Shown: positions 45,970 through 54,900 of the stretch, piece by piece
How the letters are laid out: each line of letters opens with the position of its first letter
How positions within the stretch are numbered: position 1 is the first letter of the stretch
Assembly: GCA_902373415.1 (NCBI GenBank)
Contig: CABKLX010000006.1
Location: forward strand, 54,295 to 118,294
Reading direction: 5' to 3'
Length of the DNA: 64,000 bases
Source: an uncultured Eubacteriales bacterium
Lineage (GTDB): Bacteria; Bacillota; Clostridia; Oscillospirales; UBA644
Position numbers and translations under genes: made by a program
The notes under the pieces: model-generated
Databases searched by the model: none
Told to the model about the DNA's origin: nothing
What the model saw: only the letters and a program-made list of their open reading frames with translations

Positions 45970-46605
45970 ATGTATGATTTTGTTTATGAATCGGAAGTAA
46001 GACCATATCGTAGTTTCTGCTCGAATACCCTTGTTGACCTTAGAGACTATTTAAAAGACCGTTACGATATCATCACACAACCTGTTCTTGTGGGAAGCGG
46101 TGCAAGAAATATGGTTATGAGGGACGGAAACGGTCCATTTGATTTGGATTACAATCTGCAGATTATCAGTATGCCAAACAAATATTGGGATGATTTGTTT
46201 GAATTAAAAAACACTGTTCTCACCGCATTGAACAAAATTGTCGGCAAAACATTGTTCTCCGACGGACACGATTCTACCGCCGTGATAACATCATTTCTCT
46301 ATTTGGAAAACACACCTAACGTAAAGTTCAAGTTTGATGTTGCAATTATAGCAAAGAATGAGCGTGGTGATTACTGCCGTTTAATACACGACAAAAGATA
46401 CTTCCGCTGTTATGTTTGGTGCGAAGTTCCATCATCCAAAGATGTGAGAAAGAAAGCTGACAAGCTGAAAAAACTCGGATATTGGTCTGATGTAAGAGAA
46501 GTATACAAGAAATTAAAAAATCATTATCTCTCTATTCAAGACAATAACCACCCTTCTTTTACGGTTTATGTAGAGGCGGTTAATCAGGTCTATGACCGGA
46601 TTTGA
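45970..46605 (+). CDS. Polymerase-beta-fold nucleotidyltransferase, 211 aa
   Basis: The hG[GS]-x(13)-DxD pattern (LVGSGARNMVMRDGNGPFDLDYNL) plus a third acidic strand (KFKFDVAIIA). RBS taggagg. Confidence 0.7.
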   Translation: MYDFVYESEVRPYRSFCSNTLVDLRDYLKDRYDIITQPVLVGSGARNMVMRDGNGPFDLDYNLQIISMPNKYWDDLFELKNTVLTALNKIVGKTLFSDGHDSTAVITSFLYLENTPNVKFKFDVAIIAKNERGDYCRLIHDKRYFRCYVWCEVPSSKDVRKKADKLKKLGYWSDVREVYKKLKNHYLSIQDNNHPSFTVYVEAVNQVYDRI

Positions 46606-46619
46606 AAGGAGGAAAAGTT

Positions 46620-46712
46620 ATGGGAAAAGGACACGGAGTTTCGGGACATACACACACTCAGGCACAGCTAAATAACTATGCCAATCAGAACAACCCCAAC
46701 AATTCTGCATAA
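46620..46712 (+). CDS. 30-aa His/Asn/Gln-rich peptide, translationally coupled to the NTase
   Basis: Encodes MGKGHGVSGHTHTQAQLNNYANQNNPNNSA. Perfect RBS aaggagg 7 nt before the ATG, 14 nt after the NTase stop. Too short for the ORF track. Confidence 0.5.
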   Translation: MGKGHGVSGHTHTQAQLNNYANQNNPNNSA

Positions 46713-46792
46713 ACTGTCCAATTATCTCTATCATAATAATTCATCCTTTCTAAAAAAATAAAGGGAGCGCTCGTCATGCCCCCTATAACTGT

Positions 46793-48286
46793 TTACGCTA
46801 CAATTTTAGCGTATCTTTCACTCTCAACTACCTCAAGCATGAATGCGTAAGGATTCACAGTGCCGCTTGCCACCATCTCGAAGAGACGCGGAGTGCAGCC
46901 GGATACGAGTGCTACGCCCTGCTCGTTCTTGGTAACGGGCTGTTGTCTGTTACGACTTGCCACGTTCCAAAAAACGATGTCAGGCAAATTATAGCCGTAT
47001 GCTTCAAATTTTGCTTTCGCATTTTTGAAGTTCGTGCTACGGGCATTGCTTACACAGCGATCAAATTCCATATCGGAAATAATGATAAGCTTCGCGGGAA
47101 GCTCGCTTGCGGAAACATTGTTCTTTACGGCACTGTTCAAGATGAGATCAAATACCGCCTCAAGGTTGGTATTTGCCACCTCGTTGAAGGAAGCAACGTA
47201 GCGAAGTCTGTCCGCAAAGGTATCTCCCTTGATTTCAATGAGCTGAGGTCTTGCAGAAAATTCAATGAAATGATTCTTGTAAAGACCGGTGTTATGCTCT
47301 GCGAAATACAAACCGAGAGAAAGGGCAACTGCCGCAGGCATAGGTTTAGCATCCCAGTACATCGAACCGGAAGTGTCGATGACCGCAATTGCATTTTCCT
47401 CACTGCCGAAATCGGGCAAGGACGCCCAAGTCGCGTTCAGCAAGTTCTTTTCTTGTTCGGAGATCTGACGCATAAAACTTCGGGAGCTTGCGGTATAAGC
47501 ATTGTCATTTATGTATGGCTCAACAAGCTCATAGGGGGCGAGCGTGTCTGCGTGGAGCCTTACTTCACCGGAGGATACTTTGCCAATAAAGTCATTGTAT
47601 CTTTCGGCATCATTGCGCATAAATGCCTTGCGGTATTTATACATAGCCTTAGAGGGCTGCTTAGAGTAATCAAAGGAATAATCCTTCTCACGGAGGTTAT
47701 TCTCGATGATGCGGATATGTGCGCGAAGAGTGACGAGTGCCTTTCGGTAGTCGGCATCATTCATGCCAAAGTGTCTTGCAATCTTTTTTGCACACAGCAC
47801 AGTTTCCGAGCTGGAAGCATTGACAGAAGGCATCCACTTTGCAAGCAAAGATACTTCTCCACCATTGTTCAAAGCGGCGTTGTCCGCTTCGAACTGCACC
47901 TTTATAACGTCAAGCATATCCTTCTCGCAAGGGGTGTCCATAAGGCAAAGAAGGTCATCATAACGCCCGTATTCGGCAACATATGTAAGATTTTTGCGTA
48001 CCGTGGAGGGCTCGTTTTTTGCAAGCCAATTCAGAATCACCTTGAATACACGACGTTCTCCGAGACCGCCGCGAATATCTCGTGCGAAAAACAGGAGCTT
48101 CATGGCGATATCTCTGTTTTCTGTAAAGGCGCGGATGAAACGTGCTTCGATCTCACTGTCGCTTTCTCTGCGCAAAGCGCCGATGGTGGCGAACAGGTCG
48201 AGACAGTCGGATTCTGTTGTAATGTGGGTAGCCGCACCGTTTTCGGTTACGGCCTTGTTTGCTTCCTGTTTCAGATAATTCAACAT
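46793..48286 (-). CDS. DUF2828-type protein: helical N-terminal module (TROVE/Ro60-like?) plus C-terminal vWA domain with MIDAS motif
   Basis: N-terminus VTENGAATHITTESDCLDLFATIGALR; MIDAS DxSxS in AVIDTSGSMYW; later LIIISDMEF. RBS aaggagag before the ATG at 48286. Only about 40 nt separate the start from the nearest tRNA-like element. Confidence 0.75.
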   Translation of the reverse strand: MLNYLKQEANKAVTENGAATHITTESDCLDLFATIGALRRESDSEIEARFIRAFTENRDIAMKLLFFARDIRGGLGERRVFKVILNWLAKNEPSTVRKNLTYVAEYGRYDDLLCLMDTPCEKDMLDVIKVQFEADNAALNNGGEVSLLAKWMPSVNASSSETVLCAKKIARHFGMNDADYRKALVTLRAHIRIIENNLREKDYSFDYSKQPSKAMYKYRKAFMRNDAERYNDFIGKVSSGEVRLHADTLAPYELVEPYINDNAYTASSRSFMRQISEQEKNLLNATWASLPDFGSEENAIAVIDTSGSMYWDAKPMPAAVALSLGLYFAEHNTGLYKNHFIEFSARPQLIEIKGDTFADRLRYVASFNEVANTNLEAVFDLILNSAVKNNVSASELPAKLIIISDMEFDRCVSNARSTNFKNAKAKFEAYGYNLPDIVFWNVASRNRQQPVTKNEQGVALVSGCTPRLFEMVASGTVNPYAFMLEVVESERYAKIVA

Positions 48287-48326
48287 GAAACTCTCTCCTT
48301 TTCGTGATATGTTTTTATAATTACAA

Positions 48327-48418
48327 GGCACCGTTTGATGCGAGAGTCGAACTCGCATACGGGGATTTTCAGTCCTCTGCTTTAACCTCTAAGCTATTCA
48401 CCAATCGCTGTTGGTGCC
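48327..48418 (-). ncRNA. tRNA-like element 2 (Phe-type arms enclosed by an extra terminal helix)
   Basis: Minus strand: GGCACC-AACAGCGATTGGTGAATA-GCTT-AGAGGTTA-AAGC-A-GAGGA-CTGAAAA-TCCCC-GTAT-GCGAG-TTCGACT-CTCGC-ATCAAAC-GGTGCC. D, anticodon (GAA) and T arms fold. The acceptor stem is replaced by a GGCACC/GGTGCC closing helix. Confidence 0.6.
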
Positions 48419-48424
48419 TTTTTG

Positions 48425-48495
48425 TGCATCGAACAGGAATCGAACCTGCGTCACGAGGATTTTTAGTCCCCACTCAACCACAGAGCTACCGATGC
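48425..48495 (-). ncRNA. tRNA-like element 1 (near-canonical cloverleaf, anticodon loop CUAAAAA, no encoded CCA)
   Basis: Minus strand: GCATCGG-TA-GCTC-TGTGGTT-GAGT-GGGGA-CTAAAAA-TCCTC-GTGAC-GCAGG-TTCGATT-CCTGT-TCGATGC-A. 7-bp acceptor with G.U. One nucleotide short at the D/anticodon junction. The anticodon would be AAA. Confidence 0.6.
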
Positions 48496-48590
48496 ATATA
48501 ACAAGGCGCATTTTTTGATAAGGGTCGGATTTCTCCTTGCCTATTCATCAATAATTATTGCTGTCAGCGCCTTTAACAAGATGCGTTTAA

Positions 48591-48659
48591 CTCATACGGA
48601 GAATTTGACTCCGCGACCTCTTGCCCCGAAAGCAAGCGTTCATTAACTGAACCAATGAG
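48591..48659 (-). ncRNA. tRNA-like element 3 (degenerate cloverleaf, loop UUUCGGG)
   Basis: Minus strand: CTCAT-TG-GTTCA-GTTAA-TGAAC-G-CTTGC-TTTCGGG-GCAAG-AGGTC-GCGGAG-TCAAATT-CTCCGT-ATGAG. 5-bp acceptor-like helix and an atypical D loop without GG. Confidence 0.45.
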
Positions 48660-49277
48660 AGCAATATGGCTGTCTGCATCTTTTTTTCTATTTCACCCTC
48701 CATTAAACAAGACACTCCTAATTAACCCAAAAGGGTCAGTCTTACATAATAAATAGAAAAAACAAATTGCTGTACGTGTCTCTGGGAGAGCTGACGATAA
48801 ATGACAGTATTTTGAGAGCATATCCCAAGCAACGAGCTTCTATAAGTTTTCGCTGTTTGTCATTTTCGTCTTCAAGACGCCCTTCCGGTGCTTTACCTCC
48901 GAGAAGGGCGAACCCTTGCATCGCCGGTGAATCTCCGCTCGGAACGATAGACAAGTATCTGTGAACGAACATTTTGGCGATACTTTTTTCAAGATACGAT
49001 TACCTGATTGCTTTCGCAACCGTCAGTCAGAGTACCTCGACCCAAGATTACCTGCTTACGACAGGGACCGGAGCCTTCTCTCATATCATTTTTCAAGAAT
49101 GTTGTGGTTTTTGATTGCTGTTCGTATCTTTTATATAGTACAGTACCTGAATAGGCTGCAATTGCCGCCTCGGTGCTTATACCCGTAATCAAGGCGCGTA
49201 TACCTCCGGGCTATGAACCCGACGACCAAAGGAATCTGACTCCTGTGTCTGATTCTTTTGCTGTTTGCGCCTTTCGT
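48660..49277 (-). ncRNA. Candidate large structured ncRNA (ORF-free and hairpin-dense); family unassigned
   Basis: No credible ORF on either strand. Minus-strand hairpins carry stable tetraloops: TTGC-GAAA-GCAA (49008-49019) and AAGGG-TTCG-CCCTT (48904-48917). T-arm-like CGGG-TTCATAG-CCCG (49207-49221) is enclosed by GGCGC/GCGCC (49193-49271). Possible extended -10 tgg-TAAAAT at 49289-49284. Confidence 0.45.
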
Positions 49278-49332
49278 GACCTCATTTTACCACCTTTTTC
49301 CGATTTTTTCACGGAAAAAAAGCTGCGAACTC

Positions 49333-50244
49333 TCATTTGAGTCCGCAGTTTTTCTGTTTTTTCAGCTTTTCGATGACTAATTTTTTGAAGAATTCCGATC
49401 CGATAACCTCTACCATCGGTCCGAAGGAAAGGATTCTGATCACCATCTCGGGTTCATCATCGTGAGCATATTTAATTTTTACAAGATATGTATTTTTGTC
49501 AAGCTTCTCGGCTTGCTTCTCAAAATGGGCAAAGTGAAGCATGAACCGTTCGAGCGCGTTTCGTTCGTCACGGACCGTGACGGTCAAGGTTTCTTGCTTT
49601 TTATCCCGCTCATAATGGTCGAGTGGCTTTTGTCCTTCGTAATGAACACAGTTTTTTATTTTTGAAAGATTAACCGTAGACACCGCGTGCCATCCTGCCG
49701 TTATGAGCCTGAATTTATCATCCTTCTCAGAATATTCAAGTCTTTTTGGGTGGCATCGGATATACATAGTCTTACCGTTTCGATTGACCATTTCAAACTT
49801 GATCTGAGAGTCATTACGGATTGCCTCTAAAATGACCTTAAACTGTCTTATGTATTCTTCATCCTCAAAGGGGTCTCCGTCACTGTATTTGTCATAAACG
49901 TAATAATCCTCAGGAGTGAAAAGAGGCTCTGCATCATCGAGATTTGGAAACTCAACACCAAACAGCTTTACGCGAGGATCAAGTGAGATTGCCTTGAGCC
50001 ATTGTTTTTGAAGCGTTGTCAGCGGCATTGTTGGTTTGTGTGCAAGTGCGGTGGTCATATCGGGATGCACGAGCTGCCATTTCTCGGTTTTGAGGGAAGG
50101 CATAATGGTCAACAGGCTTTCCCCAAATGCGCGCTTTGATACGATTTTTTGTAATTCCTTTTCGGAGTGCTCACCGTCAAGGATATCCGATATGATAGCG
50201 GCAACCGTATTGTAATATGCAGAGTAAAGCTCGGAAAAGATCAT
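49333..50244 (-). CDS. WYL-domain protein (second of pair)
   Basis: WYL-like core MYIRCHPKRLEYSEKDDKFRLITAG...VNLSKI. ATGA overlap with the upstream WYL gene. Confidence 0.7.
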   Translation of the reverse strand: MIFSELYSAYYNTVAAIISDILDGEHSEKELQKIVSKRAFGESLLTIMPSLKTEKWQLVHPDMTTALAHKPTMPLTTLQKQWLKAISLDPRVKLFGVEFPNLDDAEPLFTPEDYYVYDKYSDGDPFEDEEYIRQFKVILEAIRNDSQIKFEMVNRNGKTMYIRCHPKRLEYSEKDDKFRLITAGWHAVSTVNLSKIKNCVHYEGQKPLDHYERDKKQETLTVTVRDERNALERFMLHFAHFEKQAEKLDKNTYLVKIKYAHDDEPEMVIRILSFGPMVEVIGSEFFKKLVIEKLKKQKNCGLK

Positions 50245-51500
50245 TCGCTCACCTCCTCTTTGACATTGTACATCCAATACATAGCTTCCAAATCCTTCTT
50301 AAATTGATTTTCAATGCTACGATTGGAGAATTTCATTTTTACGATACGGCAGATAAAGGTTCTGATCCAAGGGATCATCTCACTGGAATCATAAACGTCA
50401 GCAGAAAAACGATAGGTGTTTTCGTCGAGCTTTTCCACCGTTCCGACACGCTTTTCGCGTTCAAGGCGCCCCACGATATATTCCTCATTATCTTCTACCT
50501 TGACCGTGAATTCTACGTGCTCAAGGTGCTCTGCGTCCCCTTTGTTCCGTTTGACGCTGACTCCCCACATCTTGCTTTGCATTCTGTCAAGCTCAGCGCG
50601 AAGCTCATCGAAGCGAGGCGTAGGCTCTTCAAGTTTAACGTTTGAAAGATAGTCAACTCGATAGGATTGAAAGTGATTGTATTCGGGCAAATATGCGAGC
50701 AGATGCTGTCTGCCGCTCTGTACACTGATAAACACACGAAGCGGAACGATGCGGTTTCTCCTCGGCATATCTCTGCGGCGGCTCATATTCGATACCGTCA
50801 CAGCACGCTTTTCTCTCATTGCCGTGAAAAGGGAGGCAAGAACACCGCTGTCGATGGCACCGGTTATGTAGTGATGCTTGAAGGTAAAAGCATCGGTGTC
50901 GGATTCCTCTTTGTCGAGGATAAACGATCCGATCACTCCGCAGGGAGCAACCTCCGAGAAGTAATGAAGAACATCATTAAGATCAGAGATATCGGTGCTG
51001 TCTGTTCTGCGATAATATGCCTTTCGCCCTTCTTTTTCTGCCACGATAATGCCGGCTTCGCAGTATTCCTTAAGCTTTTTGCGAACAGTGGATTCGTCAA
51101 ACATCATAGGGCTTTGAAAGCCGGACAGATATTTCTCATCGATCTCTGCGAGCAATTCGGAAATAGTGCGCTTAACAGACGGATCGTGTAAAATGTCAAA
51201 AATGATGAAATGCAACGTGATGTCGCCATCGGTAAAACTCTTTGCCTTCCAAGCATTGTAAAGCGGATTGTGCCTGATCGTTCGGCTATCGATGGAAATA
51301 AAAACATTTTTACCTTCAGAAGTGCGAACAAAGCTCATATGATCACCAAGCCAGCTTTCAAGACGGCGACGCTCGTCATCATAGGAACGCGCACTCTTGC
51401 TCTGATAATCGTCGCGGCTCTTGAAACCGTAAACGTAGAAATCACGCATATATGCTCTGATTTTTTCAAAGTTTTTGATAAGCTCACTGTATGAGGACAC
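50241..51500 (-). CDS. WYL-domain transcriptional regulator (wHTH + WYL + C-terminal extension; first of pair)
   Basis: wHTH-like TISELLAEIDEKY...VRKKLKEYCEAGIIVAEKEGRKAYY. WYL core IVPLRVFISVQSGRQHLLAYLPEYNHFQSYRVDYLSNV. Confidence 0.75.
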   Translation of the reverse strand: MSSYSELIKNFEKIRAYMRDFYVYGFKSRDDYQSKSARSYDDERRRLESWLGDHMSFVRTSEGKNVFISIDSRTIRHNPLYNAWKAKSFTDGDITLHFIIFDILHDPSVKRTISELLAEIDEKYLSGFQSPMMFDESTVRKKLKEYCEAGIIVAEKEGRKAYYRRTDSTDISDLNDVLHYFSEVAPCGVIGSFILDKEESDTDAFTFKHHYITGAIDSGVLASLFTAMREKRAVTVSNMSRRRDMPRRNRIVPLRVFISVQSGRQHLLAYLPEYNHFQSYRVDYLSNVKLEEPTPRFDELRAELDRMQSKMWGVSVKRNKGDAEHLEHVEFTVKVEDNEEYIVGRLEREKRVGTVEKLDENTYRFSADVYDSSEMIPWIRTFICRIVKMKFSNRSIENQFKKDLEAMYWMYNVKEEVSE

Positions 51501-51534
51501 AGTTCACGCTCCTTTCTGTCGGTTTAAGTTGTTA

Positions 51535-51909
51535 TTATGCTTTTCTGTTTTTTCTCTTGTCCTTCGTCGCCTCAAAGCTCACGTTCACAAGGAACCGCAC
51601 CACATCATCGGGCGTGTCGGGCAGAAGCACCGAGATCCAATGAAGCTTGTTCATGCGGTACGCCGGGTAGACTTCGTCAGCTTCCCCGAATGAGCCGAAC
51701 ATCTCGGTCGGCAGCTTCAGATTGACCACGTCGATCACCTCATCGCTGTCAAAACCGAACTTGCGTCGTGATACCCGCATCACGAGCTCATACCACTTGC
51801 GATTTTCACCGTGCCGGAGCACCTCCGTTTCGAAATCTTCGTCAAACGGATAGTCCGGAGATGTACCGTATGTATTGAGGCAGTATTCAAAAAGTTGTTG
51901 TTTTGTCAT
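51535..51909 (-). CDS. MmcQ/YjbR-family protein
   Basis: YGTSPDYPFDEDFETEVLRHGENRKWYELVMRV...PAYRMNKLHWISVLL is the typical family pattern. Alternative start at 51924. Confidence 0.8.
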   Translation of the reverse strand: MTKQQLFEYCLNTYGTSPDYPFDEDFETEVLRHGENRKWYELVMRVSRRKFGFDSDEVIDVVNLKLPTEMFGSFGEADEVYPAYRMNKLHWISVLLPDTPDDVVRFLVNVSFEATKDKRKNRKA

Positions 51910-51926
51910 CGCCGAGGCCCCCATAA

Positions 51927-54900
51927 TTATGCCGCCGCATTTGCATTAATCTTTTCAATTACGTTTCTGATGCCCAGCCAAACGGAAATATCAGTAAAAA
52001 CTTCGACAATGCTCCCCCTATCGCTGAAGGGCGCCTCCTGAAGCACCGACATATCCTTCATCACACCATTGCGCACGATATACTCAATGATTTGATTGAC
52101 AAAATAAATTTGGTCTGCGTCAAGATTAACATCGTTCAAATACTCTGCAAACGCCGCCTTGGCTGCTGTCATATCAAGTCCAACGATCTCACGAACAAAC
52201 TCGCCAAGCGGTTTTTCACCATATTCTGCTTCGTAGTCTTTTTTGCTACCTACTTCACTCCACAGAATGCGTTCAAGTGACTTAACGTCTTCGGCACTCA
52301 AAGGAACGTTGCTCTTTAATTTGGCAATAGCCGCTTCATCCTGATGCTGACGAATATAGAACTCTGCCTTTGCTTTATAGTTCTTAAGATCGTCGCTTTC
52401 AAGGTCGGATTCATTCCATTCAACAGAAAGTATTTCATCATCAAAATTGGTGATATATTTTACCCCTGTTCTTGGGATATACTTCATTAAATCGCGAAGA
52501 TTTTCGCGGATATGCTCAAATTCGTTGATTCCGGCGGTATCCAAATAATCTGTGTTTAGAATTTTGTTGATAAGCTCGGACTGAACCATAATTTCGGGGA
52601 TGTTTGCTACGCTTGCAATTCCGCTGACCTTTTTGTAAAGATCGGTACGGGCGCGAGAATATTTCTTGCCGGCAAGGTATGCAAGCTCAATGCCGTACAT
52701 CAAAGCATCAAAGCGAACAGCGGATGCCTCGTCCTCGTCGGGAGTAATCAGCGGAGCAAGCTCTTCTGCCATAAGTAGCGTATCCTCATAAGTGAGAGAA
52801 TTGTAATTGTCGGGATTTGCATATTGCTCCACGTAACGCAAATGCTGACGAACAGCAAAGTTCTCTTTGTTGAGTTCACGCACCTTGCGCACCATATCAT
52901 CAACCAAAGACTTACGGAAAGCAACCAGCTCGGTTGTCTGATATGCGAGATCCTGCAACTTAAAGGCAATCTGTGCCTTGAGTTTAAAGATAGCACCCTG
53001 CAAAGCTATTTGATTTGCCGTAGGACGTCCTTGATTCATGCGGAAGAACTCAAAATTTCCGCAGAAATCGAAGATATAGAACTTGTCCTTATCCTTGCCA
53101 TCCATAAGTCCGTCGCAACGGCGAGTTCCGCGACCGATCATCTGCCAGAACTTCGCCTTACTCATCACTTTTTTGAAGAAGACAAGATTCAAAACTTCGG
53201 GCACGTCAATACCTGTATCAAGCATATCGACGGAAATCGCGATTTGAGGTAATTTCTTGGGATCGGAAAACTCATCGATCGCACTCTGCGCATAAGTCAT
53301 ATAGTTATCAATGACCTTGGTGTATTCGGGCAGATTGGGATATTCTTTTCCAAATATCTCGTGAATCTTCTCGGCGTGCTCATGGTTTTTGGCAAAGATA
53401 ATTGTCTTCCCGAGCTTTTCGCCGTAGTCGATGCGCAAACCGTCGTTCATCAAGATATGAAGCACCTGACGAATGGTATCCTCGTTAAACACCCACTCGT
53501 TGATAGCAGAGGAAGCAATACTTTCGGGCAATTCACCATTCTCGTCCTCAAACGTATCCTCGTATTCCATCTTATCTTCATCTGACAGATCATCGTATAC
53601 GATGCCTTGCTCGATAAATTTCAATTTACTTTCAACGGACATATAATCAACAAGAAAGCCATCGGTAACGGCTTGTCCAAGCTCGTAACCGTATGTGGGA
53701 ACACCGTTCTCAAGCTCAAAAATCTCGTAGGTGTTCTTGTCGATCTCGTCCTTGGGCGTAGCAGTAAGACCAACCAAAGGAGCATCAAAACAATTAAAAA
53801 TATCCTTGTATTTGTTATAGATAGAGCGGTGCGCCTCGTCCACGATGACAAGATCAAAGTGGCCGACGGTAAACAGCTTTTTATCGTTATCATCCTTAAC
53901 CGTATCAATGCAATTCATCATCGTCTGATAAGTCGAGAATACACAACGAGAATCAAAGTTCTCCTTGTCCTCGCAGAGATTAGTCACCGACAGATCGGGT
54001 AACATATTCACAAAGGCTCGCTTTGCCTGCGTAACCAGCGAATTTCGGTCGGCAAGGAACAGAATATTCTTCACCCAGCCGTGATCTAAGAGCACCTTGC
54101 AAAGAGCGATGACCGTTCTCGTTTTGCCCGAACCCGTTGCCATCACGAGAAGTGCCTTGCGGCGATTCTTCTTGTCAAATGCCTCGCACACCGCCTTAAT
54201 TGCACCCTCTTGGTAGTAACGTCCGGCAATAACTTTGTCTACCATTACGTTCTTAAGGCTTGTCCGCATCGTGTGAAGATTGAATAGCTTTTCAAGGTCG
54301 CGTTTGGAGTAGATCGATGCCACCTTACGCTCGGGATAATATTTGTCATTCCAAATGCGTGTATCAAAACCGTTAGAGAGGAAAATGATGGGGCGGCGAC
54401 CGTATTTCTGCTCCAACAAGTCGGCATAGAGCTTTGCCTGCTGTCTGCCCTTGGCAACGTCAACGCAGGTGCGCTTGGCTTCCAAAACGGCAAGAGGCTT
54501 GCCGTCATCACCGAAGAGAACATAATCGGCATATCCGACCTCGCTCTTGTTGGGCATACCGTAAAGCTCTACCTCGTTCAGCCAATCCTTACCCTCAACC
54601 CAGCCGGCATCCTGTAGCATAAAGTCGATGTAGATCTTTCTCGTCTTGTACTCGGAGAGATCAAGGGGCTTGGGAACGTAGGTCTGCTGTTGCTCGGCAC
54701 GGCGAGCGGTCAGCTCATCCTTGAGAGCCTTGTTTTCCTCAATCAACTTGGCAATGTCGATCTCGTTTTCGGGGACGAAGGAAAGAGCCTCGTCTACGGT
54801 GAGCTCAAGCAAGGACTTATCAAACTGTTGCTCGGTGTATTCGGGCGCGTAGAAATATGCGATACAGTCAAGGAATACAAAGAGATTTTCAAGGCAGAGC

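Noticed and set aside
46943-48307. 454-aa plus-strand ORF opposite the DUF2828 gene
   Set aside because: The translation has no recognisable features. The minus-strand frame carries the vWA MIDAS motif, a strong RBS and family-typical N-terminus.
48742-49192. Four 65-76-aa ORFs on both strands within the long intergenic region
   Set aside because: They are mutually overlapping, lack RBSs and have odd composition. The region is better explained by dense RNA secondary structure.
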